DNA of 64,000 bases, from assembly GCA_040375445.1 (NCBI GenBank), contig JBEISK010000005.1, positions 3,546-67,545 on the forward strand, read 5' to 3'. The DNA is from Gammaproteobacteria bacterium (GTDB taxonomy: Bacteria; Cyanobacteriota; Vampirovibrionia; Vampirovibrionales; JAJTHC01). This document shows positions 46,532-56,521 of this stretch, piece after piece. The translations under genes and the position numbers were made by a program. Within the stretch, counting starts at the first letter, position 1. Every line of letters begins with the position of its first letter. The notes beneath the pieces are model-generated. The model ran no database searches, was not told where the DNA came from, and saw only the letters and a program-made list of their open reading frames with translations.

Positions 46532-48286
46532 TTATTCTGCGGAACTTAACCATTGAGCAATATTCATATCCTGCGGACGAATCGCTGGGGCATCGTTGGA
46601 CGCATTCTTCATGTTTTCATTCAATTCCTTCAGGGCATCTTTCAGTTTTTCAACGCTCTGTTGGCGGGTGCGTTCAAGCACTTGATGCTGTTCTTGTTGG
46701 GCTTGCATCAACTGTTCATTCAGCTGTTGCTGATACTGCAAGTGCGTTTGCGTTTCTTCCGCATGTTGACGCAATTGCTGTAATTCGTTAATCGCCGAAT
46801 CCAAGGTTTCTGCGGTATGCTGTGTCTTTCCACTATTACCCATAAACATCATAATGGCAACCGCTCCTATTACCGTAATCGCCATCCAAGGGAGCCACGT
46901 CATCACGCCAGCCGCCGTTTCAGGGCTTAAACCTGGCAATAAAAAGCCAGCGGTATTCATCGGCGGTTCAGGTAAAGGATCTTCTCCTGCCAAAGGCTTG
47001 GGGTTTTCAAAATCGGTGCGAGCCAAGCTCACATTCAACGGATTGACTCGTGGGCTTGCGGAACGAGCAATCAAGACTTGTAAATCTTCAGGCGGAATGT
47101 TAGGGTAGTAATCGTCATCAATCGTCACCGCAATCGAAACATCTTCCACCATACCCGGTACGCTGGTTTCCACCCATTGCGTATGCCCGTTTTGATAGCT
47201 CACTTCCGTGCCTTCACGCAAGTAGCCGTCGTTACTGCTACTTTTGGATATATTTTCCATAGACTGCATGGATTGACCGATCGCCACTTTACTGTCGAGT
47301 TCAGGGGGTAAGAATCCCGAAACAGGTCCACTGGCTTTACCGTTGGAACTGGAACTTCCTCCACTACCACCGAGTGTTTCTTGAAAACGTTGCTTACTTG
47401 CCACTACTGATTTGGATGGATCAAAGTTCTGCACCATGGTTTCTTTGGGCGATTCACGCAAGAAGGTCGAAACTGTCACCACATAACGCCCTTCGCCAAT
47501 GAGCTTGTCGAGTTGAGCCGCCACTTTTTGCTTCATGTAAAAATCTTGATCCGCAGCCTTGTCTTGCAATTCTAAGGCGGAATCTAGCACACTATTATAG
47601 GTATTGCCGTTGGTGTCCGACAGTGCCACATGCTTGGCTTCCAACCCTTGAATACCCCCCACCATTAAATTGATGACGGCTCTGACTTTGTCTCGTGTGA
47701 GCCGTTCACCAGGAGGCAACGTCACTTGCACCGCCGCCGACGGAGGCTTACGATCGCTGGCAAAAAGCGTGGGGTCTGCTATTGAAATTTTCACATGGGC
47801 GTCTTCCACAGGGGGCATTTTGCGGATGATTCTGGCCAAATCGCCTTCTTGCCCACGAATGAGTTTGATCTGCTTTTCTTCACGGCTTGCCATCATATCG
47901 CTGGTGTCAAAGGCTTCCATGCCGAGCTTGCCGTCCATTAAGCCTGATTGAGCGAGAGTCAGCAGAGCTTGATCCCGATCGTTTAAGGTGGCATCTTCCG
48001 CAAACATCAACGACACTTTGCCCCCTGTGCCAGCGAGGGTATCGAGGCGGATGTCTTGCCGAGAGAGTAAGGCTCTGATTTCGACGGCTTTACCTGCGGC
48101 GATGTCGGTGGCTAAAGGGAGCTGTTCTTCGCTCAGGACTTTCGCCCCTTCATCGACCTTGACTGCTTTGCCTCCACTGCCTGCGACGGCTGTGATGATA
48201 ATAATCACCACAAGCAGAACCACCCCTCCGATGATCGAAAAGAAGAGTCTTCTATTTTCCATTAAGGCTTGCAATTGTGGAGGCAC
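46532..48286 (-). CDS. fliF: MS-ring protein FliF/SctJ-like
   Basis: Two TMs; GMEAFDTSD..SREE..RGQEGDLARII..VEDAHVKI..LF..PPSAAV..HVALSDTNG (YscJ/FliF ring motif). Confidence 0.85.
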   Translation of the reverse strand: MPPQLQALMENRRLFFSIIGGVVLLVVIIIITAVAGSGGKAVKVDEGAKVLSEEQLPLATDIAAGKAVEIRALLSRQDIRLDTLAGTGGKVSLMFAEDATLNDRDQALLTLAQSGLMDGKLGMEAFDTSDMMASREEKQIKLIRGQEGDLARIIRKMPPVEDAHVKISIADPTLFASDRKPPSAAVQVTLPPGERLTRDKVRAVINLMVGGIQGLEAKHVALSDTNGNTYNSVLDSALELQDKAADQDFYMKQKVAAQLDKLIGEGRYVVTVSTFLRESPKETMVQNFDPSKSVVASKQRFQETLGGSGGSSSSNGKASGPVSGFLPPELDSKVAIGQSMQSMENISKSSSNDGYLREGTEVSYQNGHTQWVETSVPGMVEDVSIAVTIDDDYYPNIPPEDLQVLIARSASPRVNPLNVSLARTDFENPKPLAGEDPLPEPPMNTAGFLLPGLSPETAAGVMTWLPWMAITVIGAVAIMMFMGNSGKTQHTAETLDSAINELQQLRQHAEETQTHLQYQQQLNEQLMQAQQEQHQVLERTRQQSVEKLKDALKELNENMKNASNDAPAIRPQDMNIAQWLSSAE

Positions 48287-48388
48287 GCTAAAAATCCCTA
48301 ATTTAAGCTAGTATTAGTCTAGTCTTATTTTAGCAAGTTCTAAAGCGACTTTTCAGGATTCTTGAACGGCTTCCACTATTTAGGGTAT

Positions 48389-48748
48389 TTAAGGCAAGAA
48401 ATAGCAGACGGCTTGGGTATCGGTTTCGTAAATACAGACCTTGCTCACCTCAGAGATGCTTTCTCGCAATTCATTAAAAATCAAGCGAGCCATAAATTCG
48501 GCACTGGGACTTTCACCTGCAAAATCGGGCAAGGTGTTGAGATCCTGATGATCAAAACGGTCGATAATAGGATCCAAGACCGCTTTCATGTCCTTAAAAT
48601 CTAGGGCGATATTCGCTTTGTCGAGCGTGTTCATTTGCACATAGACCCGTACTTTATAGTTGTGTCCGTGAGGGGTGGCACATTTGCCGACATAATTGAG
48701 CAAGTGGTGAGCCGAAGAAAAATGGCGTTCTAGCATCATTTCAAACAT
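48389..48748 (-). CDS. queD: 6-carboxytetrahydropterin synthase
   Basis: FSSAHHL..GKCATPHGHNY, DFKDMK, FDHQDLN, PSAEFMA, IYET. Confidence 0.93.
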   Translation of the reverse strand: MFEMMLERHFSSAHHLLNYVGKCATPHGHNYKVRVYVQMNTLDKANIALDFKDMKAVLDPIIDRFDHQDLNTLPDFAGESPSAEFMARLIFNELRESISEVSKVCIYETDTQAVCYFLP

Positions 48749-48873
48749 AAAAAATCGTTCCTTTTTAAAAAACAGAAGGGTGAGGGAACCTTCATTCAAA
48801 GGGTATCATAAACATAGGGGACAAAACAAGTCAAAGACTTGTGAGAAGACCTTTCGATTCGTTATTCTGAAAG

Positions 48874-50190
48874 GTGAAGCACAGACTCAATCAAGGTAAA
48901 TGCGACGTGGTAGTTTCGATCAAAAAAAGCCTCATTCTACTAAGCACGCTCGTCGTGCTAGCCGTTGCCGTACTATTTTATCAACTTTCCTATATCATCG
49001 TACATGACGACTTAAGCCGTCATCTTGGCGTGTGGATGAAAGCTCCCCAAGCATTTTTGGGGAATCCGCCAGCGTGGTTGAATCAAAGCTGGAAGAGCTA
49101 CAAAGCTCGCTTTATTCAAGCCGATGGGCGAGTCAAAGACTTTTATAATAATAGTGCCACCACAAGCGAAGGGCAAAGCTACGCCCTTCAACAAGCCGTT
49201 TGGCTCAACGACAAAGCCTCGTTCGACACCCTCTGGCATTGGACGAGAGACAACCTGCAAGTGCAAAAAGAGCATAAGCTCTTTTCATGGAAGTGGGGAG
49301 AAGATCCCAAAACGAAAAAATGGGGCGTGCTAGACGCCAGCGTCGCTGCGGATGCCGATCAAGACATCGCCTTTGCCCTACTTATGGCTCACGAGCGGTG
49401 GCACGATCCGAACTACAAAAAAGAGGCCCTTCGTATTTTAAACGACTTATGGAAGCACGAAGTTACTGAATCGGCATGGGGGCCAGTGCTTTTACCGGGG
49501 AATTGGCATCGCTTTGAAGCCAAGATCCCTGATGTGGTTTTGGTGAATCCGTCGTATTTGTCTCCAGCCTTGTACCGAGTCTTTGCTCAAGTGGACAAAA
49601 CGCATCCTTGGGAAAAGCTGGTGAGCAGTAGCTATCAAATTTGGGAGGCATCCTTTAAGCTAAACAAACGAGGCTTACCCCCTGATTGGGTGTGGCTAGA
49701 TCGTTCCAAAGGCAAAATCTACGCCAAGCACGACGATCCAGCGTTTAAGGGTATGACGAGTCAATTTGGCTATGAAGCCTGTCGACTGCCGTGGCGTTTG
49801 TTTCAAGATGTGGCGATTAGTCGGGCGTACAAGTGGAAGAATCCCACGGGCGAAGCCTTGTTGAAGGGACTCAACGAAAGCTTAGATCAAGGTTTCCCAG
49901 AAGTCACGCGCTTAGACGGCGTCAAAGTGCAGGCGTTTGGTTCAAAGGCTCGAGAAGCAGGCTTTTGGCCCTTGTTGATTTTAAATGATTCCCCCTTGTA
50001 CGAAACCTATGCTTCGCATTATAATTGGCAAGACGCCCTTAAAAGCGACGATTACTATGCACGCAATTGGTTATGGTTTGCGGTGTGGTTACAGGTGTTT
50101 CAACAAACACAGTTACAGCATTTAGAAAGTACGCACAACACCCCGCCTCAATTGTTGCCCTTGTTGACTCATTCTTTAGATGTTGATTGA
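48874..50190 (+). CDS. Glycoside hydrolase family 8 (endoglucanase/chitosanase-like), membrane-anchored
   Basis: TSEGQSYAL, FDTLWHWT, AADADQDIAFALLMA, VNPSY, GLPPDW, GYEACRLPW. Confidence 0.9.
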   Translation: MKHRLNQGKCDVVVSIKKSLILLSTLVVLAVAVLFYQLSYIIVHDDLSRHLGVWMKAPQAFLGNPPAWLNQSWKSYKARFIQADGRVKDFYNNSATTSEGQSYALQQAVWLNDKASFDTLWHWTRDNLQVQKEHKLFSWKWGEDPKTKKWGVLDASVAADADQDIAFALLMAHERWHDPNYKKEALRILNDLWKHEVTESAWGPVLLPGNWHRFEAKIPDVVLVNPSYLSPALYRVFAQVDKTHPWEKLVSSSYQIWEASFKLNKRGLPPDWVWLDRSKGKIYAKHDDPAFKGMTSQFGYEACRLPWRLFQDVAISRAYKWKNPTGEALLKGLNESLDQGFPEVTRLDGVKVQAFGSKAREAGFWPLLILNDSPLYETYASHYNWQDALKSDDYYARNWLWFAVWLQVFQQTQLQHLESTHNTPPQLLPLLTHSLDVD

Positions 50191-50213
50191 ATAAATAGAG
50201 AGACCCCCTTGCG

Positions 50214-50615
50214 ATGAAATTGCCCCATACCGCAGAAGAATTATTGTTTCAGGTGCATCACGGCGTGATGCTCTCTCGGGTGGACAATTTCATTCTGCCC
50301 TTTCAAGTGGGGATTCTGCCGAAGGAAATCGGCATGACGCAACGCTTACGCTTCAATGTGCGGGTGGCGTCTAAAGAAATGGGGCGGGTGGGCGAAAATT
50401 TGCAACTCAGTTTTGACTATCGCTTGATTGTGGAAACGCTGGAAATACTTTCCAAAGCCAAGCACGTGCCGTTATTGGAAGAAATCGCCGAAGAGCTGGC
50501 AGGGGTCGTCTTGTCGCATCCTTTGGGCTTGGGCTTGTGGGTGCGGATTGAAAAGCTGGACTTGCTCCCTAATGCCGAAAGCATCGGTATTGAGCGCGTG
50601 TTTCTCAAACATTAG
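50214..50615 (+). CDS. folB: Dihydroneopterin aldolase-like protein
   Basis: VGILPKE..TQRLRFNV, FDYRLIVE, HVPLLEEIAEELA, VRIEK..AESIGIE. Confidence 0.75.
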   Translation: MKLPHTAEELLFQVHHGVMLSRVDNFILPFQVGILPKEIGMTQRLRFNVRVASKEMGRVGENLQLSFDYRLIVETLEILSKAKHVPLLEEIAEELAGVVLSHPLGLGLWVRIEKLDLLPNAESIGIERVFLKH

Positions 50616-51526
50616 GCTTTTTTAGATTTGTTTAAATCGGGCAAATAGGCGACAGGGTTTTCAGCCTTGCCTGCTGTATTGCGAACTTCAAAATGCAAGT
50701 GAGGTCCTGTGGAACCGCCTGTACTACCTACTTCCCCAATTTGTTGCCCTTGGGTCACTTCTGTACCGTCCGCTAAAGGAGATGGGTTCTTCATGTGACC
50801 ATAACGGGTACTGGTTCCGTTCGCATGGATAATATCAATATAGTTTCCGTAGCCACCCGCATTAAATGGTTTCTGTTTCACTTTCCCTGCAGCAGCAGCA
50901 AGAATTGGGGTACCCTCAGGCGCGGCTAAATCTTGCCCTTCGTGCATTTTTTCAGTTCCGTGGATAGGGTGCTTTCGCATACCAAACCCTGATGTCGCCT
51001 GTCCTTTTGGTAAAGGGTTAATAAAACTTACATTGCCTGACCCGCCTGATGCGTTCGACGTTGGCATAGCAGGATAACCCGAGTTCATCGCCACGGCATT
51101 GGTAGGTATCGTCGCCGCTTGAGCGGGGGCTCCTGTTACAAACTGCTTGGCACCAGCAATGAGTTGTTCCATTCCCGTCCATGCGTCCGAAGCGACTCGT
51201 TTGGCAAAGTCAACAGGATTACTCGAATCAGACGCAGGAATCGACGCACTACGAGGCATCACGGAGGGCGAGCTTGTGGGACTTGTTCCACTAGGCTGTG
51301 AAGCATTTTGATTCGCACGCAAAGCAGAAATATATTGCTTTTCCATATCCTTGGCTTTTTGAGCCTGCTCGTTCTGCTGGGCGGTGACTTGCATACTTGT
51401 CGTAAGCTGGGTTGTGGCCTTTAAAAGCTGATTAACATCCGAACCCATACCACTCGACGGACTTTGTGCTGTGGGCGGAACAGGCATTGACATATTCGGA
51501 TTGCTCAAATAATTGGTTGAAATCAC
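50612..51526 (-). CDS. M23 family metallopeptidase with low-complexity N-terminus
   Basis: TSGFGMRKHPI..MHEGQDLAAPEGTPI, TRYGHM, GSTGGSTGPHLHFEVR. Confidence 0.92.
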   Translation of the reverse strand: MISTNYLSNPNMSMPVPPTAQSPSSGMGSDVNQLLKATTQLTTSMQVTAQQNEQAQKAKDMEKQYISALRANQNASQPSGTSPTSSPSVMPRSASIPASDSSNPVDFAKRVASDAWTGMEQLIAGAKQFVTGAPAQAATIPTNAVAMNSGYPAMPTSNASGGSGNVSFINPLPKGQATSGFGMRKHPIHGTEKMHEGQDLAAPEGTPILAAAAGKVKQKPFNAGGYGNYIDIIHANGTSTRYGHMKNPSPLADGTEVTQGQQIGEVGSTGGSTGPHLHFEVRNTAGKAENPVAYLPDLNKSKKA

Positions 51527-51631
51527 AAGTATTGTCCTACGTCGATGTCTCTATAAATGTCGTCACTAGCATAAAACCATGCAAGAGACTCTTTTGTGCT
51601 ATCTATTATTATAAAAACAAGCACTAAGCTT

Positions 51632-51760
51632 CTTATCCCTTCTCCCTTAGGGAGAAGGTTAGGATGAGGGATTCGAGATGCCTAGTCAGAGCTGGTGTCC
51701 CTCCTCCTAGCGTAGCCCGCCATAGGCGAGGCGTGCGACCTAAGGGAGGAGGAATAAGAC
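51632..51760. repeat. BoxC-like composite repeat (family A-related)
   Basis: cttatcccttctcccttagggagaaggttaggatgaggg ... taagggaggaggaataag. Confidence 0.7.
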
Positions 51761-51856
51761 GAACAAGAAGTTCGCAGAACTTTCTATAGACCTCCTTTTT
51801 CGTTTATACTAGAATAAAGCTACTTTATTAAAACTTTATAAAGGAGTCCCCTCGCC

Positions 51857-52360
51857 ATGATGAGTCCCCAAGCCACGACGGAGAAAAATCTTGTGACTGC
51901 TGAAGAACACCTAGAAATGCTCCCTGCCTTAACAGTGAATGAAATCAAAGCACACATCCCCCATCGCTACCCTTTTTTGTTGGTGGATCGCGTCACCGCT
52001 CACGCCAAAGGGACTTACATTGAAGGCTATAAAAACCTGACCGCCAACGAAGCGTTTTTTGAAGGGCATTTCCCCCACCTCCCTGTGATGCCGGGCGTGC
52101 TTCAAATTGAAGCACTGGCTCAACTCGGGGGTATTATGGTCGCTCATATGCCAGATGGCATCGGCAAAATTGGCTTATTTGCGGGTTTAGACAACGTGCG
52201 TTTTCGTCGCATGGTCACTCCTGGTGATCGGCTGGATTTGCGGGTGGAACTCGTGCAGTTTCGTCGTGTGTTGGTCAAAGTCAAAGCCGTGGCTTCGGTG
52301 AATGGGGAAACCTCCGTTGAAGCAGATATGATGTTTAGCTTGATGCCCAAAGCAGACTAA
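51857..52360 (+). CDS. fabZ: 3-hydroxyacyl-ACP dehydratase
   Basis: IPHRYPFLLVDRV, FFEGHFP..PVMPGVLQIEALAQ. Confidence 0.97.
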   Translation: MMSPQATTEKNLVTAEEHLEMLPALTVNEIKAHIPHRYPFLLVDRVTAHAKGTYIEGYKNLTANEAFFEGHFPHLPVMPGVLQIEALAQLGGIMVAHMPDGIGKIGLFAGLDNVRFRRMVTPGDRLDLRVELVQFRRVLVKVKAVASVNGETSVEADMMFSLMPKAD

Positions 52361-52447
52361 CCCAAATTAGCACAAGGGCTTGTTTTGACGTATTTATGCT
52401 ACTATAACGATAATAACCCTCTTTTGAACAACTTACAGGACTCCAAA

Positions 52448-53608
52448 ATGCCCTCCACACTGCTTTCTCCCCCCTCTGCTTCTGAAGAAATTGCCGACTA
52501 CACCCCCATGACGCAAGTCACCTTGCCCCCTTTGAAAAACAGTGGCTTGGCTCCGTTAATTGGTAAGACGCAGGCGGAATTGGTGGATCTCTTTACGAAA
52601 ATGGGGCATCCTCGCTTTCGGGCGGAACAGGTGCATCATTGGTTATATGTGAAATGCGTACAATCCTTTGATGAGATGTTGAACTTGTCGAAAGGCTTTC
52701 GTCAACACCTTGCTGAAAGTTTCCAAATCGGGACGCTTCAAATCGCCAGCAAGCAGGTTTCTGAAGACGGCACGGTGAAGTACTTGTTTCAATGTGCCGA
52801 CGGCAACGTCATTGAATCGGTTTTAATGTATTTTGAAGAACGAGAAAGCTACGCCCTATGCGTGTCGACTCAAGTAGGGTGTGCCATTAACTGTTCGTTT
52901 TGTGCCACAGGCAAAATGGGCTTAAAGCGGCATTTGTCTGCAAGTGAAATTGTGGAACAATATGTGAAAGTACAAGCCGACAGTGGCCAAGAAATTCGAA
53001 ACGTGGTGTACATGGGCCAAGGCGAACCTTTGCACAATTATGAAAACACGGTAAAATCCCTGCGGGTGCTTAATGAATCCTGCGAAGTGGGGATGCGTCG
53101 TATAACAGTGTCGACCTCAGGCTTGGTGGATCACATCGACAAGCTCGCCGAAGAGGAAATGCCCTTGACGCTGGCGTTGTCGCTTCATGCTCCGAACAAC
53201 GAGATTCGCTCTCACATTATGCCGATTAACAAGCGTTGGCCACTGGAAACGCTCATCCCTTCGCTGGAGCGGTACTTAGCATCCACCAACCGTCGTTTGA
53301 CGATGGAATACATTATGATTGACGGCATAAACGATCAACCCGAACACGCGCACCAACTGGGGCAGTTGATTCAGCATTTGAAGTGTAATATCAATTTAAT
53401 TCCGTACAATCCGATCGCCAAAGACTTGCCTCGTGCGGTGGATTATAAGCGTTCGAGCAATAATGCGATCCGCACCTTTATGATGATTTTGTTGGATCGT
53501 TACCACAAGAAGGTGACGGTGCGTTTAGAGCGTGGCGTTGATATTGACGCGGCTTGTGGTCAGCTCGCCAATCGCTTTCAAGCGGACAAAGAGTTAGTCC
53601 TTAATTAG
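52448..53608 (+). CDS. rlmN: 23S rRNA m2A2503 methyltransferase RlmN
   Basis: CVSTQVGCAINCSFCATG, MGQGEP, SLHA, INLIPYN, DIDAACGQL. Confidence 0.96.
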   Translation: MPSTLLSPPSASEEIADYTPMTQVTLPPLKNSGLAPLIGKTQAELVDLFTKMGHPRFRAEQVHHWLYVKCVQSFDEMLNLSKGFRQHLAESFQIGTLQIASKQVSEDGTVKYLFQCADGNVIESVLMYFEERESYALCVSTQVGCAINCSFCATGKMGLKRHLSASEIVEQYVKVQADSGQEIRNVVYMGQGEPLHNYENTVKSLRVLNESCEVGMRRITVSTSGLVDHIDKLAEEEMPLTLALSLHAPNNEIRSHIMPINKRWPLETLIPSLERYLASTNRRLTMEYIMIDGINDQPEHAHQLGQLIQHLKCNINLIPYNPIAKDLPRAVDYKRSSNNAIRTFMMILLDRYHKKVTVRLERGVDIDAACGQLANRFQADKELVLN

Positions 53609-53646
53609 CAGACGCTTCGCCGAATAGGACTTTTTCTTTAAGTTCG

Positions 53647-53955
53647 TTAGCCCTCAAAATCGGAGGCTTTCACCTCATGCAACCAACGGCGATACTGCCA
53701 ATCTTCGTAAGAAAGGCAGTATTCATAAAGACTTTTCAGCAAAATATCCCCACTCGGGCTTTTGCCTTGAAACAACAACACTGGGCGTTCAAGGGTCAAC
53801 TCAATTTCCGCCACCAGTACATCCCGCACCTTGTCTTCGCTTGTCGAATCAGGATGCTTCAAATGCCACAAAAGCCAATTTTGTAAGACTTTAATCGCCG
53901 ATCCTCGTTCAAGGAACTGGGCTTTTAAGGTTTCAGCAAAGGCTTCTAAAATCAT
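53647..53955 (-). CDS. Hypothetical protein
   Basis: 102-aa ORF of globular composition occupying the gap between rlmN and the porin gene. Confidence 0.65.
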   Translation of the reverse strand: MILEAFAETLKAQFLERGSAIKVLQNWLLWHLKHPDSTSEDKVRDVLVAEIELTLERPVLLFQGKSPSGDILLKSLYEYCLSYEDWQYRRWLHEVKASDFEG

Positions 53956-54280
53956 CGCAGGGGGGTCTTTCTACTTATAACGCTTTTATAATATTGTAAC
54001 AAAAAAGAGGGATCCGCTAAAGCCCTCTAAAAAGGGGACTTTCTTTGTCTGTTTTACTAAAAATGAAAAATTTTTCATCTATTTTGATGATTTACCTATT
54101 CCCTTAATGGAAGACTTGTGTTAGTATGGCGTCAAATGGTATGTTGAGAACCGTTGGTTTAAACACATTAAGTTTTGGGACGTAACTTAGTATTATAATG
54201 ACGAATCGTTATACTAGTAAGAAAGTCCTTATATGTTACCTAGTTCAGTGTAAATACTGAGAGTTAAGGAGTAGAAATCC

Positions 54281-55945
54281 ATGGCTTCGAATAAAGTGAC
54301 CCCCATTTTATTGGCAGGATCCTTGTTTTTAGCAGGTATGGTCAATGTGGCAGATGCCCGCATTGAGTCCATTGACACCACTCGTCCTGAAGATCAACGT
54401 TTGACCCGTATGGAAGATTTAGTTGATGTTTCTGCACATCATTGGGCGTATGACGCCTTAGAAGAATTGGTAAGTAAGTACGACGTAATTGAAGGTTACC
54501 AAGTTGCTAATGGCAAGTTCAAGTTCAAAGGGACTCAATATGCCACACGTTACGAACTCGCCGCTGCCTTGCGTGATGTTTTGTACTTAGTACGCTCTGG
54601 TAAGGTGTTCTTGAAAAATAGTGACACCAAAACCTTGTCCGCTTTGGAATCTGAGTTTGCTCCTGAATTGGGTGCGTTGAAAGCGCGTACCGAAGCGTTA
54701 GAAGCTCGTGTAGGTGCTATTGAAGCTGACAAAGATCGCTTTAAAGTCGGCGGGGACTTCACCGTAGGTGCTTTAGGCGGTTTTGAGTCAGGTGACAATA
54801 GCTACGGTGATGCTGTTCAAGCCATTTCTCGTTTACGCTTAACCGTTGAAGCCCCTGTTTACAAGGGTGAAGAAGGTAAGTTCTTGGGTGAAGGTCGTGT
54901 CAAAGTTCGTGCGGTTGCTGCTTTGGGTAGCAATACGGGTGGCATTTTTGGACAAAGCCGTATTGCAGCAGATGCGTCTAACGGTAATGAAAAGGGTTCC
55001 AACGGAAGCACAAACTCCCGTCAGAATGTTTACTTGGATCGTGCGGGTTATGAACAAGATTTCAACTTGTTTAACAATAGCCACACCTTATTCGCGGGTA
55101 TTTTACCTTGGCGTGATTACTTCGACAAATCCGCTTACCGTGGTCAAGAAAACACGCAATTCCAAAACAGTGCGTTGGTCAACATTCCTGGTATGCCAAC
55201 AAATGCAACGCTTGCCATGGTCGGTGCTAAAACCAACTTTGTCATCAATGATGACTTAAACGTTGGATTGACCCTTGCCTATGGTGCGCCTAACGAGCGT
55301 AACGTGCAGAATAACTACTTTGCCAATGCTGAAGCACGTGCCGATTATAACTGGTCAAACTTAGACAACCGTAAAACAAGCGTTTACGCTGGTTTAGTAG
55401 GTATCTTCAATGACAACTCCAGTTATCAAGCGGCCACAACAACGACTGTTAACCGTGCAGGTAGTCTTAACGCTTATGGGCCAGGTAACACCCACTTGGC
55501 TTACATCGGTTTAGATCAAGAAATCTACAAAGGCATTGGCTTGCATGCAGATTACATGTACAACAATGCTAAAGCGGGTTCTGCTTACTTGAACGGCATG
55601 AACCAAAACTACAATAACACGGGTGGTTTTAGTACCTTCGGTGGGGCGAATGTTGCGTTAGCACCTCGTCAAGCGGGTAGTGTTGCCTTACATATTCCCA
55701 CGAAAACCCTTGGTTTCCGTGATGGAGACAACATCGGTGTTGGTTATGCGGTGACGACATTCAGCGATAGTTTCACATCCGACGGACGTGATCGTATTGC
55801 TCAAGTGGTAGAAACTTACTACAACTTCCGCTTGAACGATCGTGTTAGCATCATTCCTAGCCTTCAAGCAGGCATTACGCCTTTTGGACGCTCTGATCAA
55901 GACTTGTTCTACGCTGGCGGACTCCGCACCAGCATCAAGTTCTAA
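54281..55945 (+). CDS. SLH-domain outer-membrane porin (cyanobacterial SomA/OprB-like)
   Basis: Signal peptide; DVSAHHWAYDALEELV..IEGY..TRYELAAAL SLH; coiled coil; beta-barrel ending VETYYNF..LRTSIKF. Confidence 0.9.
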   Translation: MASNKVTPILLAGSLFLAGMVNVADARIESIDTTRPEDQRLTRMEDLVDVSAHHWAYDALEELVSKYDVIEGYQVANGKFKFKGTQYATRYELAAALRDVLYLVRSGKVFLKNSDTKTLSALESEFAPELGALKARTEALEARVGAIEADKDRFKVGGDFTVGALGGFESGDNSYGDAVQAISRLRLTVEAPVYKGEEGKFLGEGRVKVRAVAALGSNTGGIFGQSRIAADASNGNEKGSNGSTNSRQNVYLDRAGYEQDFNLFNNSHTLFAGILPWRDYFDKSAYRGQENTQFQNSALVNIPGMPTNATLAMVGAKTNFVINDDLNVGLTLAYGAPNERNVQNNYFANAEARADYNWSNLDNRKTSVYAGLVGIFNDNSSYQAATTTTVNRAGSLNAYGPGNTHLAYIGLDQEIYKGIGLHADYMYNNAKAGSAYLNGMNQNYNNTGGFSTFGGANVALAPRQAGSVALHIPTKTLGFRDGDNIGVGYAVTTFSDSFTSDGRDRIAQVVETYYNFRLNDRVSIIPSLQAGITPFGRSDQDLFYAGGLRTSIKF

Positions 55946-55969
55946 GCTATTCTATAGCTAAAGCTAACG

Positions 55970-56004
55970 AAACGCCCTTTGCTCAACGAGTAGAGGGCGT
56001 TTTT
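55970..56004 (+). terminator. Intrinsic terminator
   Basis: aaacgccct.tgctc-aac-gagtagagggcgttttt. Confidence 0.75.
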
Positions 56005-56050
56005 ATGCTATAGTTACAAGGTATAGTCGTCTTTAGAGTTTTCTGTGTAT

Positions 56051-56521
56051 ATGAAAATACTCGGTATCGACCCTGGATTAGGACGCATCGGCTTTGGGCT
56101 GATTGATGTAAGCGTTCGTAATAATCCCCAAGCACTCGGCTGGGGGATTATTGAAACCACGCCAAAAGCACCCATTGGCAAGCGTTTGGTGGAAATACAT
56201 CATGATGTCAAAGCACTCATTGAAGAGGCGGCTCCCGATGTGATTGCGATTGAATCGCTCTTTTATTTTCGCAACAATACAACGATCGTACCTGTGGCTC
56301 AAGCCCGTGGGGTGATTTTGCTCTTGGCGGAACTCGCTGGCGTGCAGACGGTTGATTATACGCCGATGCAGGTCAAGCAAGCCTTGACAGGCTACGGCAA
56401 GGCGGAAAAGCACGAGGTCACCGAAGCGGTGATTTTGCGACTGAACCTACTCAAAAAACCCACCCCCGACGACGCCGCCGACGGTCTAGCCATTGCACTG
56501 ACTCACAGTCAATTCATTTAA
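56051..56521 (+). CDS. ruvC: Holliday junction resolvase RuvC
   Basis: ILGIDPG, IAIESLFY, QARGVI, YTPMQVK..GYGKAEK, DDAADGLAIA. Confidence 0.97.
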   Translation: MKILGIDPGLGRIGFGLIDVSVRNNPQALGWGIIETTPKAPIGKRLVEIHHDVKALIEEAAPDVIAIESLFYFRNNTTIVPVAQARGVILLLAELAGVQTVDYTPMQVKQALTGYGKAEKHEVTEAVILRLNLLKKPTPDDAADGLAIALTHSQFI

